Shown here: one piece after another, positions 28,592 to 39,815 of the stretch | Layout of the letters: every line of letters starts with the position of its first letter | How positions within the stretch are numbered: position 1 is the stretch's first letter | DNA from: Terriglobia bacterium | Lineage (GTDB): Bacteria > Acidobacteriota > Terriglobia > 2-12-FULL-54-10 | NCBI GenBank assembly: GCA_963666975.2 | Contig: CAXVYR010000004.1 | Span: 1,728,001-1,792,000, forward strand | Reading direction: 5' to 3' | Length of the DNA: 64,000 nucleotides | The notes under the pieces: generated by a model | Database searches by the model: none | The model's input: the letters and a program-made list of their open reading frames with translations, nothing else | What the model was told of the DNA's origin: nothing | Made by a program: the position numbers and the translations under genes

Positions 28592-31438
28592 ATGCACCTA
28601 AGAAAACGTGTAGAGGGATCACTCTGGATACTCGGGGTGTGGTTCTGCCTGGGTATTCCGGCCTTGGGACAGAGCACCACAGCCCCGCCCAGCCCAACGC
28701 AGGGCAGTGACCAGGCTCGCCCGGCGGCTGCTACCTCTGTGATTGATGAGTCGCAGCTTGTCGGGCTGCCTATGAACGGCCGCAGCTACACGCAACTGGC
28801 AACACTGGAGGCAGGAGTCTCCGGTGATTCCGGTGGCGGTCGGCAGACGGGAGGAAACATCCGGGGCCTCAAAGTGGCGGGGGGGCGGACAGAGTGGAAT
28901 AGCTTCTTGCTGGACGGCACCGACATCAATGACACCCGAAATCAAGTTCCCCGGAGCGCTGCCGGCGGGCAACTGGGCTCCGACACGCTCTTTCAGGTCC
29001 AGGTGCTCTCCAACAATTATGGCGCCCAGTACGGGCGTGCCGGGGGCGGTGTGCTGAACGCCATCTCGCTTTCCGGCAGCAACGAGATTCATGGGACCCT
29101 GTTCGAATATTTCCGCAACAGCAAGATGGACGCGCGCAATTTTTTCGACGGGTCTGAGAAACCGCCATTCAAACGCAATCAGTTCGGCGCGACGCTGCTA
29201 GGTCCACTGAGTCGTGACCGCGCCTATTTCATGGTGGGCTTCGAGGCCCTGCGGAACCGGCTGGCCGAAACGGTGCTCAGTTTTGTCCCCGATGCAGAAA
29301 CACGCCGAAGGGCTGTTCCTGCGGTGGCGCCTTACGTGGCGCTCTACCCCGGGCCCCAAGTTCCCGTCGGGGCGGGTATCGCGCAAAGCCGCACCGCGGC
29401 ATCGCAACCTAGCAATGAAACTTTCCTCACCTTTCGATTGGACCAGCGGCACAGCGAGCAGGATGTATGGTTTGCGCGGTACACGTTTAGCGATGCAAAC
29501 ACCACCGCCCTCGCCGCCTCGCCTGAGTTTCCCACGCTGACCGAAAGCCGCCAGCAGTACCTAACCCTGGCGGAAACTCATTTCTTCTCTGCGTCTGCCA
29601 TCAACACCCTGCGGCTCAGCTACACCCGTCCCGTTTCGCGGTCTCTGTCTGTCTTTGACCGTCAGGTTGATCCGCGATTGAACTTTGTCCCTGGATCCTC
29701 TCAGTTCGGAGTGATCGAAGTTCCCGGGCTGGTTTCTCTGGGGCCTGCTTCGAGTCTGCCTGCGGCAAAAATCATGAACACTTACCAAGTGGCGGACGAC
29801 TTCATCTTTACTCGCGGAAGGCATACCTGGAAATGGGGTGGTGTGCTGGAGCGGTTCCAATGGAACCTAGTCGATAGCGCGAACCAGGGAGGGCAATGGA
29901 CCTTCAACAGCCTGGAGAATTTCTTGGAGGCAGGTCCTCAGGGCACAGAGCTGCGCGTCGCCTTGCCCGGCTCAGACTCCTACCGGGCATACCGGCAGAC
30001 GTTGATCGGCGTCTATCTTCAGGATGAGATTCGGGTGCGGCCAAACCTGAACCTAAACCTCGGCTTGCGGTATGAGTTCGCGACCATGATCCATGACGCG
30101 CAGGGCCGCGATACGTTTCTCAAGGACGAGTTGCGGGACACGCAACCCCAGGTGGGGCGGTTCATGAGCCGTAATCCTTCGCTCAAGAGTTTCGCCCCGC
30201 GCTTCGGCTTGAGTTGGTCTCCTTGGGAGGATTCGAGCAAACTCGTGGTCCGCGCCGGATTCGGGATTTATTACGACCACATCATTGGTTATTCGGCGGA
30301 TCTGAAGCGAGTGACCGCTCCGTTCTACCAGCTTGCGGTCCGAAACAATTTCGATGCGAGCAGTATTTTCCCCAATGCCCTGAGCGGCGCCGGTAGCGTC
30401 CGAGAACAGGTCCGCATTTACGAGTACAATAGGCCCAAGACTCCTACGATTTACCGCTATCATTTGGCTCTGGAGAGAGAAATCCTTCCTGGACTTACCG
30501 CCGAAGCAACCTATGTAGGGGCACGCGGGAACAATTTGCTCCGCAGTTTCGAGGCCAACGAATTTCCTTTCCCGGTGCAGCAGGCAGATGGTTCGCTTTT
30601 CTTTCCCCCCAATACTCCTCGGAGAAACCCGAACTTCACCAGCATCGAGCGCACCACCATGGATTCGCAATCCTTTTACAATGCCCTGTTGGTTTCCTTG
30701 AACCGCAGGCGGTGGCATGGGCTTTCTGCAAGTCTGAACTACACCTTTGCCAAGAGCGTTAATGAGTCGAACGGCGCGTTTGCGGTGGAACGGCACTATG
30801 CAATAAACCGGCTGCAGAGCAGAGGCCTCGATTCCAGCGAGGTGCGCCATCGGCTTTCGGTGAGTTACTTCTATAACCTCCCCGCTTGGCAAAGCTCGGG
30901 GTTCGGTTCGAGCCTTCTTAGCGGGTGGCGGCTGGGAGGAATCCTGGGCGTGCGCACAGGCCTGCCGGAAGAGCCGTTCTTTCGCATTCGCTATCCGGGT
31001 TTCTTGTTTGTCTCGCAGCGCACCAGCGTCGGCCCGGGAAGAAGTACCAACCCCACCAAAGGAGTTAGCTCCGGCTGCGAGGGAGTTCCGGCGGGTTCAA
31101 AACTGGCCGGTCCGGATTTGTATTTTGATCCGTGTGCATTTGTTGCTCCTCTTCCAGGTACCATCGGCAACGCAGGACGGAACATCATTATTGGGCCGCG
31201 CGTGGTCAACATGGACGTTTCTCTCCAAAAGAGCATTTCGCTCGGAGGAGAGCGCGTCTTGCAACTCCGCGCCGAATTCTTCAACCTCTTGAATCATTCT
31301 AATTTCAATCCACCGGAAAGAGGCAAAGGAGCTACCATTTTCCAGAGTGCGTCAATCCGCAATCCCACTGCGGGCAGCCTAACTTCGACAGCGACCACAG
31401 CGAGGCAGATTCAATTTGCCTTGAGGCTTTCCTTCTAG
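28592..31438 (+). CDS. Oar-like TonB-dependent outer membrane receptor
   Basis: LPMNGRSY, FEYFRNSKMDARNFF, RNQFG, NLGLRYE and RQIQFALRLSF; no N-terminal carboxypeptidase-regulatory domain. Confidence 0.92.
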   Translation: MHLRKRVEGSLWILGVWFCLGIPALGQSTTAPPSPTQGSDQARPAAATSVIDESQLVGLPMNGRSYTQLATLEAGVSGDSGGGRQTGGNIRGLKVAGGRTEWNSFLLDGTDINDTRNQVPRSAAGGQLGSDTLFQVQVLSNNYGAQYGRAGGGVLNAISLSGSNEIHGTLFEYFRNSKMDARNFFDGSEKPPFKRNQFGATLLGPLSRDRAYFMVGFEALRNRLAETVLSFVPDAETRRRAVPAVAPYVALYPGPQVPVGAGIAQSRTAASQPSNETFLTFRLDQRHSEQDVWFARYTFSDANTTALAASPEFPTLTESRQQYLTLAETHFFSASAINTLRLSYTRPVSRSLSVFDRQVDPRLNFVPGSSQFGVIEVPGLVSLGPASSLPAAKIMNTYQVADDFIFTRGRHTWKWGGVLERFQWNLVDSANQGGQWTFNSLENFLEAGPQGTELRVALPGSDSYRAYRQTLIGVYLQDEIRVRPNLNLNLGLRYEFATMIHDAQGRDTFLKDELRDTQPQVGRFMSRNPSLKSFAPRFGLSWSPWEDSSKLVVRAGFGIYYDHIIGYSADLKRVTAPFYQLAVRNNFDASSIFPNALSGAGSVREQVRIYEYNRPKTPTIYRYHLALEREILPGLTAEATYVGARGNNLLRSFEANEFPFPVQQADGSLFFPPNTPRRNPNFTSIERTTMDSQSFYNALLVSLNRRRWHGLSASLNYTFAKSVNESNGAFAVERHYAINRLQSRGLDSSEVRHRLSVSYFYNLPAWQSSGFGSSLLSGWRLGGILGVRTGLPEEPFFRIRYPGFLFVSQRTSVGPGRSTNPTKGVSSGCEGVPAGSKLAGPDLYFDPCAFVAPLPGTIGNAGRNIIIGPRVVNMDVSLQKSISLGGERVLQLRAEFFNLLNHSNFNPPERGKGATIFQSASIRNPTAGSLTSTATTARQIQFALRLSF

Positions 31439-31440
31439 GG

Positions 31441-31464
31441 CAGGACCTCAGCTTGGAGGTCCTG
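31441..31464. terminator. Hairpin between the convergent TonB receptor genes
   Basis: CAGGACCTC-AGCTTG-GAGGTCCTG. Confidence 0.5.
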
Positions 31465-31582
31465 ATAACATCATGGAGCCTCCTCAGTTTTGGCGGGATA
31501 CGTTGCTTGGGCGCGTCCAAAACTCCGCCCCCTAACATGCCGCGCTGGTCGGGCAGCATGGAGGGCAACGCCTTACCTATTC

Positions 31583-34432
31583 CTACAGCCGCAATCGCAG
31601 CATGAACTGAACGATCCGGCCTCGATTCACCGTGTTGGTAATTTTCCCAAAGATCTCGTTCGCTACATGGGGAGCAAAGAAGTCAAATTGCGGATGATTC
31701 AGGAGGTTATAAAACTCGGCCCGGAATTGCACTGCAGGCGTCTGTTCCCCACCGCGAAAAAGGAAATCTTTAACCACGGCAAGGTTCCAGTTGTTCATGG
31801 CGTCACTGCGGATGTTATTAAAGCCGAGGTTGCCGCGCCCTCCGAAAGGAATGTTAGTGTCGAAAAACTCTGGCCGCAAGACGGACCGGAAGGTATCGGG
31901 GTGGTCTACACTTTTACCCAGGATACTTGGGTTCAGCAGGTTCGGCCTGTCCCCGCCCACTCCGTCCACGTTTCCAAAACCGGGAGCATCCGAGCCGGTG
32001 TGGACCATATAGGGTGTACCCGATCGGAGCGTTATGTTTCCCGAGGCTTGCCAACCTCCGAGCAACTGTGTCAGGAGGCCCCGGGACCGGCCAGGACCCG
32101 GGAGTTGAAAGCGATAGGCGATCGCCAGAGCGTGGGGCGTGTCAAATGCCGAGGGCCCTTTCAGGTCCCCGATGATGTCGTCGTCCATACTGATATGGCG
32201 CCCGGTGCCGATGTCCGCAAAGGTCGCGTCCCCAGAGTTGATGGCTTTGCTGAACGTGTAGCGCGCGCTCCATGTCAGTCTCTGGCCGAGGCGCTTCTCC
32301 GCGGCAACCTGCAACGCATCAAAGTAGGCAATGCTGCCGTTGGTGACGGTGTTGATCTCCAGGAAACCTGGGTCGGGACGCCGCTGGTTGATGGTCCGCG
32401 TGTTGGTTTCGATTCCCGGAACTGGTTTGGCCCGGTTGGAGACCACTTCCCAAGGCAATTGGAACGTCCGGCTTCCCATATAGCCGACCCGCAGAGAGAG
32501 GCCGGCCGGCAGTTCTCGTTCGATTGTCAGCGTATAAAGATGCGTGTAAGGAGCCACGAGGTCTGGGCTGAGCAAATTCAGTCCTGACCTTTGGGTTCCG
32601 CTGCTTGCCAATTCCATTCCTCCCAAGGGATCAATCAGATTGGGATCGTCGATGGATATGACTCGTACAGCGGGCGGGTTGAAGCGAGCTCGCTGGTACA
32701 TCACAGGGAAAATGGTTCCAAAGGCTATCCCGTATCCGCCGCGCACTACCGTCTTTCCGCCCCCGGGATTCCAGGCGAAACCAAACTGAGGAGCGAAGTT
32801 GTTGGCGTCGGTGCGATACGGAATCGCCGTCAACTGGTTCACCTCGCTGGGCACCGTGATGACCTCGTGTCGGAGGCCAAGGGAGAGCGTCCAGCCGGTC
32901 TTCAGTTGAATTATGTCGTGGAAATAAAAGCCGTGTTCCCAGTTGCGGAAGCCGCGATAGAACTCGCCCAAATTGATCTTGAACCGTGTTGGACGGCCTA
33001 GCAGGAAATTCTCCACGGCAGAGCGGCCGAAGTTGGTGTTGAAGTCGAATACCCCGCGAGAGTTGTCGCTCTGCAAATCGTTGATCTGAAGTCGGGAGAG
33101 CAGGAAGCCGCCTGACAGCCTATGGCTGCCCCGGACGTGGCTTACTTCGGGAGCAATGTGAAATCGGTTTTCCACGCGTTTCCGGGGGAAGCTGAACCCC
33201 GGACCCAGGTTTTGAAGGTCTCCGCTTCGCCCAAACGAAATTTCCGGAACCGGGCTGATGCCCAGGGGAGCCAGTAAATTCTTATATTGCTCCGTCACGT
33301 CGAGTCGAGCCGCAAGCCGATCGAAGTTGTAGGAAAGACGTGCTAAAGTCTGTGGCGAGTGAGTGTAAATATAAGTCAGGTGGTAACTCTGCGGGCGCAG
33401 AAAAGTGACCGGGTTCTGCCCGGCAACGAGCTCAAAAGGCTGTTCGGTGGAATCGAAAAACCGTTGCTCAAAGGCCAGTTGATCCATTGCGCGCGGCCGA
33501 TAGTCCAGGCGCGTGGAGAATGCCGTGCTCCGGATATCCCGCACTGCGTTGGTGTTGAGATGCCGTGGGCTTAGATGGGGCAAGTTCGGGAGTTCCTTGG
33601 GATAGCCCTCCAGCATTCGGGCAATCAGCGCGTTGACCCTAGGATCGGGGGAACGCGGAGCCCGCTCCTCCAGCAGAGGCACCTGAACGTTCCCGTTGAC
33701 ATAGCCGGAATCCCTCACCTGACTCCCGGCAAAATAGATCGATGCCTTGTCGCGGGAAAGAGGCCCGCCGATTGTCCCTCCATACTCGTTACGCCGGGCG
33801 GGGCGCAACTTGCCCACCGTGAAGAAAGAGCGCGCATTCAAGGCACTGTTCTGGTGGAACCCGTAGAGCGATCCGTGAAACGCTGGCAGCAACGTGCGGG
33901 GTCGTACCAATTCCACCTTTCTCAGCGGGTAGCCATAGAGCGCGCCATAGGAATTCTCTTGTGAACGGAACTCTCTGGGGAACTGTGGATTAGCCCCCCG
34001 ATTGTAAAGCTGCCGGACAATCGCATTGGCATCCAGCTTGACGACAAAGACGTTGGGATTGAGTTCCTCGGCCCCCGACATCCCCGTCTGCCTTCGGTTC
34101 GACCCCACCCGCAGGTTGAGCTGGACCGCTCCGTCCCCATCGCCCACGGTGACATTCTTCTGGACCAGCGGGTTGAAACCCGACTTTCGCACAGTAACCG
34201 CATAGACGCCTGGAGGCAGGGAATCGAAAAAGTAGCTACCGTCTTCTTGCGTCACAGCAGCCCTGGAAAAATCGGATTGATCCTCCCGGACATTGATTTG
34301 GGCTCCGGGAACTGGCGCACCCTCTGTATCCGTGATCCGTCCGGTGATCGAGGCGCCGCGCACGGTCAATACCGAAACGAATACCGCCCCAACAACCAGC
34401 AGAGTTCTCAGGAGATATTGCCGTCGTTTCAT
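31583..34432 (-). CDS. Oar-like TonB-dependent receptor with a carboxypeptidase-regulatory domain
   Basis: SITGRITDTEGAPVPGA, NARSFF, NNFAPQFGFAWNP and RIVQFMLRLRL; plug region looks short. Confidence 0.9.
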   Translation of the reverse strand: MKRRQYLLRTLLVVGAVFVSVLTVRGASITGRITDTEGAPVPGAQINVREDQSDFSRAAVTQEDGSYFFDSLPPGVYAVTVRKSGFNPLVQKNVTVGDGDGAVQLNLRVGSNRRQTGMSGAEELNPNVFVVKLDANAIVRQLYNRGANPQFPREFRSQENSYGALYGYPLRKVELVRPRTLLPAFHGSLYGFHQNSALNARSFFTVGKLRPARRNEYGGTIGGPLSRDKASIYFAGSQVRDSGYVNGNVQVPLLEERAPRSPDPRVNALIARMLEGYPKELPNLPHLSPRHLNTNAVRDIRSTAFSTRLDYRPRAMDQLAFEQRFFDSTEQPFELVAGQNPVTFLRPQSYHLTYIYTHSPQTLARLSYNFDRLAARLDVTEQYKNLLAPLGISPVPEISFGRSGDLQNLGPGFSFPRKRVENRFHIAPEVSHVRGSHRLSGGFLLSRLQINDLQSDNSRGVFDFNTNFGRSAVENFLLGRPTRFKINLGEFYRGFRNWEHGFYFHDIIQLKTGWTLSLGLRHEVITVPSEVNQLTAIPYRTDANNFAPQFGFAWNPGGGKTVVRGGYGIAFGTIFPVMYQRARFNPPAVRVISIDDPNLIDPLGGMELASSGTQRSGLNLLSPDLVAPYTHLYTLTIERELPAGLSLRVGYMGSRTFQLPWEVVSNRAKPVPGIETNTRTINQRRPDPGFLEINTVTNGSIAYFDALQVAAEKRLGQRLTWSARYTFSKAINSGDATFADIGTGRHISMDDDIIGDLKGPSAFDTPHALAIAYRFQLPGPGRSRGLLTQLLGGWQASGNITLRSGTPYMVHTGSDAPGFGNVDGVGGDRPNLLNPSILGKSVDHPDTFRSVLRPEFFDTNIPFGGRGNLGFNNIRSDAMNNWNLAVVKDFLFRGGEQTPAVQFRAEFYNLLNHPQFDFFAPHVANEIFGKITNTVNRGRIVQFMLRLRL

Positions 34433-34710
34433 GGTTTCCCAGGTGGACAATTTCCGCCGCAGATTCAAATCAGATTTACAAGCATAACCCAATCTGCCCG
34501 GCGCTTCCAATTGATATCAGCCGGGGGTAGTGGGCTAGTTTGAATTTCTCTTCTTTCTCCGATAATAAGCATCCCGATGGCAGGATTTGCATCGGCAATG
34601 TCTGCCGCCCTGAGAAGTTGAATGCGTTGGATCGGTTGGAAAGTCCGCTAACGGTTTCCACTGTTTGCAAGTTGAACACTTTTTCCCTGGAACCTTATCA
34701 ATCGTGATAA

Positions 34711-35300
34711 TCAAGCCGCTCTTTCTCCCCTCCGCTCTTCGGCTTCCCAAAGAGCAACGAGGTCTGAGACTTCCCACAGCCGATTTGTTACGCCAGCGGC
34801 CATTGCTGGGGAAGTCCGCAGTGTGCCATGAATCTTGATGAAGTTGTAGGAGAAATAGTAAAGCGCCACAGCTGCCGCATGGTTCTCAACCTTCTTTGAA
34901 AACCCGTTTGTGAGGCGGGTAAACCGGCGCATGGACATTCTCCTGGTGAGATTCTGACGCTCAATGTAGCTGGTAGAAACGTGCCGTGGATCGGGGTTTC
35001 CAGTAACCCGCTTTCGCTGGCAACCGATGCACTCGCCTGGGCTATAGCGCGTCTCGCTTTCTGGTGCTGCCCCATACAGTTTGACCAATTGGCTGTAATC
35101 AACATCTACCCCAAACGCAGCTTCCGCGGCCTCTAAATATGCCTTGAGACCATCAGTTGTTAACTGCACTCGACTTTTCAACCGCGAGGCAAGGTCCGCT
35201 ACAAAAACACTTGCGGCCCCGCTGTCTCGGTTCCCAAGCATCCCGGACGGCACGAGCTTTGTATCCGCGTCGATTGCGATCCAGAGCCAAATGTCTCCGA
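34711..35300 (-). pseudogene. IS1-family DDE transposase, 5'-truncated and frameshifted
   Basis: GDIWLWIAIDADTKLV / QLTTDG..STSYIERQN..RRFTRLTNGFSKK..SPAMAAG. Confidence 0.85.
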
Positions 35301-35399
35301 GAGCACCACGGGCGACAGCGGCCGTTCAGGGCGCGATTAATCTCTCGGAAAAGATTCTGATAGTTGACTCAGTTTCTGGTATGGCGACGATGGGTCCAC

Positions 35400-36430
35400 T
35401 AGAGCATTTCTCCCGATGGTGTATACTGTGGAACGAGGTTCTCTGGCGATCCAAGAACACCATGGCGAAAGCATACTCGGACGATTTGCGTCGGAAGATT
35501 TTGGAGGCGTACGACAGGGAGTTAGGGAACCTGCGGGAGTTGGCGGAACGGTTTGGCGTGAGCTATGCCTGGGCGCGGAAGATTTCCTGGCAGCGGCGGC
35601 GAACGGGTCGGATGGAGCGGGTGGAGCAGCGACACGGCTCGCCGAGCCGGGCGACGGCGGAAGTGGAAGCGCGGTTGCGCCGCCTGTTGCGGGAGCAGCC
35701 GGACCGCACGCTGGTGGAGTTGCAGCAGGGGTTATGGGAAGCCGAGGGGGTGCAGTTCAGTATTCAGCATCTGTGGCGACTGCTCCGGCGGATGGGCTTG
35801 CCGCTAAAAAAAAGTCGCTCCGCGCCCAGGAGCAAGACACGCCGGAAAACCGGGAGCGCCGCGAGGCGTGGCAGGAGCAGAGCCAGCTGATGGATCCCCG
35901 GCAGTGGGTGTTTGTGGACGAGCGAGGCGCGACCACCCAGATGACCCGGCGCTACGGTCGCGCCCCTCGCGGGGAACGGATGCGGGAAGCTACGCCCGCC
36001 GCCCACTGGAGCACACTGCCGCTTCTGGGAGCGATGAGCACCGAGGGATTGTTGGCGACCCTGACCGTGGAGTCGCCCACCGACGGAGATGTCTTTTTGG
36101 CTTACCTGGAACACGTGTTGTGTCCCCGGCTGGAACCGGGCCAGATCGTGGTCATGGACAACCTGGGGGCGCATAAAGTTCAGGGAGTCGGAGAACTCAT
36201 CGAGGCCACCGGAGCCCAACTGCGGTACTTGCCGCCGTACTCGCCCGACTTCAACCCGATAGAACCATGCTGGGGGAAGGTGAAACAGAAGCTCCGTTCG
36301 CTGAAGGCCCGCACCGTGGACGCGCTGCAGGAGGCGATCTCCGAAGCCATCGCCACGATCACCCCCAACAACGCCTCCGCCTGGTTCGCCCATTGCGGCT
36401 ATGATCTACACTAACAGGAGAAATGCTCTA
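35400..36430 (+). mobile_element. IS630-family element, apparently intact
   Basis: TA-flanked TIRs GAGCATTTCTCC; orfA from 35462, A8G -1 frameshift at 35806-35814; VDE, MDN and NPIE catalytic residues; stop at 36414. Confidence 0.93.
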
Positions 36431-36588
36431 GCACCCACACCAGTCTGTCACGCCCCTTTTTTGAGCGCGACAATGGGGCGCCAAGCAAGTTTTTGCCGAA
36501 CTAATCTTTAACTAACACCCCATCCTTGCCGGCTTCTCCGAACACCCGTTGACCCGCTGACCCCAAAAACCCTATAGTCGATGTCCTT

Positions 36589-37626
36589 ATGAATTCTTAT
36601 GACGTGATCGTTGTCGGAGGAGGCCCCACCGGGCTGGCCTGCGCTATTGAGGCCAAGCGGAGGGGGTTGACGCATCTGGTGTTGGAAAAGGGCTGCGTGG
36701 TGAACTCTCTCTACCGCTATCCGGTCAACATGGTCTTTTTCACCACGCCGGAGCTGCTTGAGATCGGCGAGCTTCCCCTGGTGTGCCAGCGGGAAAAGCC
36801 GACCCGCCTGGAGGCGCTAAAGTATTACCGTCTGGCCGCCCGGCACTTTGAGCTAAACATCCACCAATACGAGCGGGTGGAGAAAATCCGAGGCTCGGAT
36901 GGAGCCTTTGAATTTTCGACCCGCGACCGCCTGGGTGTTCCCCAGCACTACCGGTCGAAGAAAGCGATTCTTGCGACCGGATACTACGACCTGCCGAACC
37001 GGATGGGGATTCCGGGAGAAGACCTGCCCAAGGTCTCGCACTACTACAGCGAAGCTCACCCTTACTATGATTCCGACGTCGCCGTCATCGGCGGAAAAAA
37101 CTCAGCCGCCGAGGTGGCGCTCGATCTCTACCGCCACGGCGCACGCGTGACGCTGATTCACCGCCAGGCGGCGGTTTCAGACCGCGTCAAATACTGGGTC
37201 CGCCCGGACATCGAGAACCGCATCCGCAAGGGAGAGATTCAGGCCTTTTTCAATACACAGGTAACGGAGATCCTTCCCGACTGCATCCGGCTGGCCCCGG
37301 CGGAGGGAGCCGCGAAGGGAGTTGGAGTTAATGATAAGGGAGAGGCACAGACGCTGCAGAACGACTTCGTGCTGGCGCTGACGGGCTACCATCCGGACAT
37401 GGAGTTCCTCCGGAGCGAGGGCGTCGAGATGGAGCCAACCCGCATGCGTCCCCGCTGCCATCCGGAAACTTTAGAGAGCAACGTGGCCGGGCTGTATCTG
37501 GCGGGCGTGATTATTGCGGGCCTGGAAACTGCGGAAATTTTTATTGAAAACGGCCGCTTTCACGGCAAGCAGATCGTGGCCGATATCGCCGCCAAGCTCA
37601 AAAGCCATTCGTCGTCTTCCGGGTAG
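36589..37626 (+). CDS. ypdA: YpdA-family FAD-dependent thiol-disulfide reductase
   Basis: GGGPTG, FFTTPELLEIG, ATGYYD, VKYWVRPDIENRI and FIENGRFH motifs. Confidence 0.9.
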   Translation: MNSYDVIVVGGGPTGLACAIEAKRRGLTHLVLEKGCVVNSLYRYPVNMVFFTTPELLEIGELPLVCQREKPTRLEALKYYRLAARHFELNIHQYERVEKIRGSDGAFEFSTRDRLGVPQHYRSKKAILATGYYDLPNRMGIPGEDLPKVSHYYSEAHPYYDSDVAVIGGKNSAAEVALDLYRHGARVTLIHRQAAVSDRVKYWVRPDIENRIRKGEIQAFFNTQVTEILPDCIRLAPAEGAAKGVGVNDKGEAQTLQNDFVLALTGYHPDMEFLRSEGVEMEPTRMRPRCHPETLESNVAGLYLAGVIIAGLETAEIFIENGRFHGKQIVADIAAKLKSHSSSSG

Positions 37627-37662
37627 TCCGGCAGCTCTCTGCTGCCGGGATTCCTACAAAAC

Positions 37663-38388
37663 CTATTTCTCCGCAGCCGCCACGTGCAGTCCGCATTCTT
37701 TTTGGAGGTCCTGTTCCCACCACCAGCGGCCCGCGCGGGGATTTTCTCCCGCCTGCGTCGGGCGCGTGCACGGCAAGCAACCGATGCTGGTGAAGCCCTT
37801 CTCATACAAGGCATGGCTCGGAACGTTGTGGACCTTGATGTAATCGGCGAGCTGCTGGTCGGTCCAATCGGCGATAGGGTTCAGCTTGACGATGCCGTTA
37901 TTCCCCGCATCGGTTTCGATCTTGCTGATGGCGGAGCGCGTCGCCCACTGGTCCCGGCGCAGGCCCGTCACCCAGCAGTCCACCCCGGAGAGAAATTTCT
38001 TCAGCAGGTTCACCTTCCGCACGCCGCAGCATTCGTGCCGGTTTTCCGTGCTCTGGTAGAACAGGTTCAGGCCCTTGGAGCGCACCATGGCCTCCACCTC
38101 CGCGGAATCCGGGCAAAGAATTTCCAGGCTCATGCCGTATTGATCCCGCACGCGGTCCATCATGTCGTAAGTTTCCTGATGCAGACGGCCTGTGTCGAGC
38201 GTGAAAACGCGCACCTTCGGCTGAATGCGCCACGCGATATCCAGCACCACCATGTCTTCGGTCTGGAAGCTGGTGGCGAGCGCCATCTTGGGATGGAAGC
38301 GGTTGAGCGCCCAGCCCAGCACCTCTTCCGCCGATTGATTCACGAACTCTTTCTCCAGTTTCTGGACTTCTCCTGTAGATAACACCAT
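37663..38388 (-). CDS. cysH: APS/PAPS reductase with 4Fe-4S cysteines
   Basis: LDTGRL, CCGVRKV, SIGCLPCT, RAGRW and ECGLH motifs. Confidence 0.93.
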   Translation of the reverse strand: MVLSTGEVQKLEKEFVNQSAEEVLGWALNRFHPKMALATSFQTEDMVVLDIAWRIQPKVRVFTLDTGRLHQETYDMMDRVRDQYGMSLEILCPDSAEVEAMVRSKGLNLFYQSTENRHECCGVRKVNLLKKFLSGVDCWVTGLRRDQWATRSAISKIETDAGNNGIVKLNPIADWTDQQLADYIKVHNVPSHALYEKGFTSIGCLPCTRPTQAGENPRAGRWWWEQDLQKECGLHVAAAEK

Positions 38389-38484
38389 AGATATTTCCTC
38401 GCTCCTACATTTTCAGAATGATTTCAAACTCGAACCAACAAGAGTGGCCGACGCAGAAAGCCTGCCGCAGAAGGTCTTCCTGAG

Positions 38485-39687
38485 TTATTTGCCTCCGGCT
38501 GCTGCCGCCGCCATGCTCTCAATCAGAATCCGTCCCACTTCCTCCCGTGTAAACTCGGGCGGAGGCAGCAAGCCTTCCCGCAGCATGTCTCGCACCTGAG
38601 TGCCGCTCAACTGGAGGTGGGACTCCTTGCCGTGGGGACATGTCTTGAGAGTCCCCATGCCGCCGCACGACTTGCAGAAAAAGACCATGTCAAAGAACAG
38701 CGGCTCGATCCCCAAATCCCCGGCGGGAAATTGCCGAAAGATCTCCTGGGCCTCAAACGGCCCGTAATAGTTGCCCACGCCTGCATGGTCGCGTCCCACG
38801 ATGAAATGAGTGCAGCCGTAATTTTTCCGGACTAAGGCATGAAAGATCGCCTCCCGCGGGCCGGCATACCGCATCCATGTAGGGTAGAGCGCCAGCAGGG
38901 TCCTCTCCGGAACAAAGTAATGATCGATCAAGGCCCGGTAGCACCGGAGCCGCACTTCGGCAGGTATGTCGTCGGATTTGGTCTCCCCCACCAGGGGATG
39001 AATCAGGATGCCGTCGCAGCCCTCGAGCGTCACCTTCAGCACGTACTCGTGGGCACGGTGAATGGGGTTCCGTGTCTGGAAACCGGCCACACGCTTCCAT
39101 CCACGGTCTGCAATCACCTGCCGGGTCTCCCGGGGCACGGCAGGATAACCTTCATAGGGATGCGGCCGCCATCCGGGAAAGACGCTCACCTTGCCTCCCA
39201 GGGCGGTGTCCCCGCTGCCGTGGAGCCATGCCACGCCGGGATGCTTCTCCTCTTTGGTGCGAAACACCTGCCCGGCATACTCCGACTTCGGCAATGGGAA
39301 TTTTTCTTCCATGTGGAGAACCCCTACCGGGTCCGCGCCGGAGTCATACAGAAGCACATTGGCGCCCGGCTTCCAGTCCTTCGCTTCATTTCCTACCAGC
39401 AGAACGACCGGGATGCTCCACACCAAGCCGGAGCCCAACCGAAAATCGCGCAGCACGCTCTGTACTTCGTCGCGGTTTTGAAAGCCTTCCAGCGGACTGA
39501 AGGCCCCTTCGCCGAGAAGGTAGAGGTCGGAGAGCTGGCGAAAATCCAGCTTTAGGCGAGGCAGTTCCCCCGCCCGGCCGGTCCAGTCGGCGGCCTCTTC
39601 GGCGCTGAGCATGCGATTGACCAGCCGCCCGCCGTGTGGTTCCCAGCTACTTTTGTTTCCGTCGTCGTTGCTCACGCTTACCCCCAA
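38485..39687 (-). CDS. sat: Sulfate adenylyltransferase
   Basis: PHGGRLV, FQTRNPIHRAHE, MRYAGPREA and VGRDHAG motifs. Confidence 0.95.
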   Translation of the reverse strand: MGVSVSNDDGNKSSWEPHGGRLVNRMLSAEEAADWTGRAGELPRLKLDFRQLSDLYLLGEGAFSPLEGFQNRDEVQSVLRDFRLGSGLVWSIPVVLLVGNEAKDWKPGANVLLYDSGADPVGVLHMEEKFPLPKSEYAGQVFRTKEEKHPGVAWLHGSGDTALGGKVSVFPGWRPHPYEGYPAVPRETRQVIADRGWKRVAGFQTRNPIHRAHEYVLKVTLEGCDGILIHPLVGETKSDDIPAEVRLRCYRALIDHYFVPERTLLALYPTWMRYAGPREAIFHALVRKNYGCTHFIVGRDHAGVGNYYGPFEAQEIFRQFPAGDLGIEPLFFDMVFFCKSCGGMGTLKTCPHGKESHLQLSGTQVRDMLREGLLPPPEFTREEVGRILIESMAAAAAGGK

Positions 39688-39737
39688 ATTTCCCTATTGA
39701 AAGATGATTCCGTTACCGAACACCAAATAACCGCCTG

Positions 39738-39774
39738 AAAACAAAAATCCCGCCGATTCAGTTGTACCGGCGGG
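39738..39774 (-). terminator. Intrinsic terminator in the sat leader (attenuator)
   Basis: CCCGCCGGT-ACAACTGA-ATCGGCGGG followed by ATTTTTGTTTT. Confidence 0.8.
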
Positions 39775-39815
39775 CCCGTTTCCTTCCTGACTGCTCAGAT
39801 GCTATTGCGCGTCTT

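Noticed and set aside
34535-34700. Cys-rich KCSTC..CRCKSC reading frame
   Set aside because: Probably a phage zinc-finger scrap; no start codon or context to support a feature.
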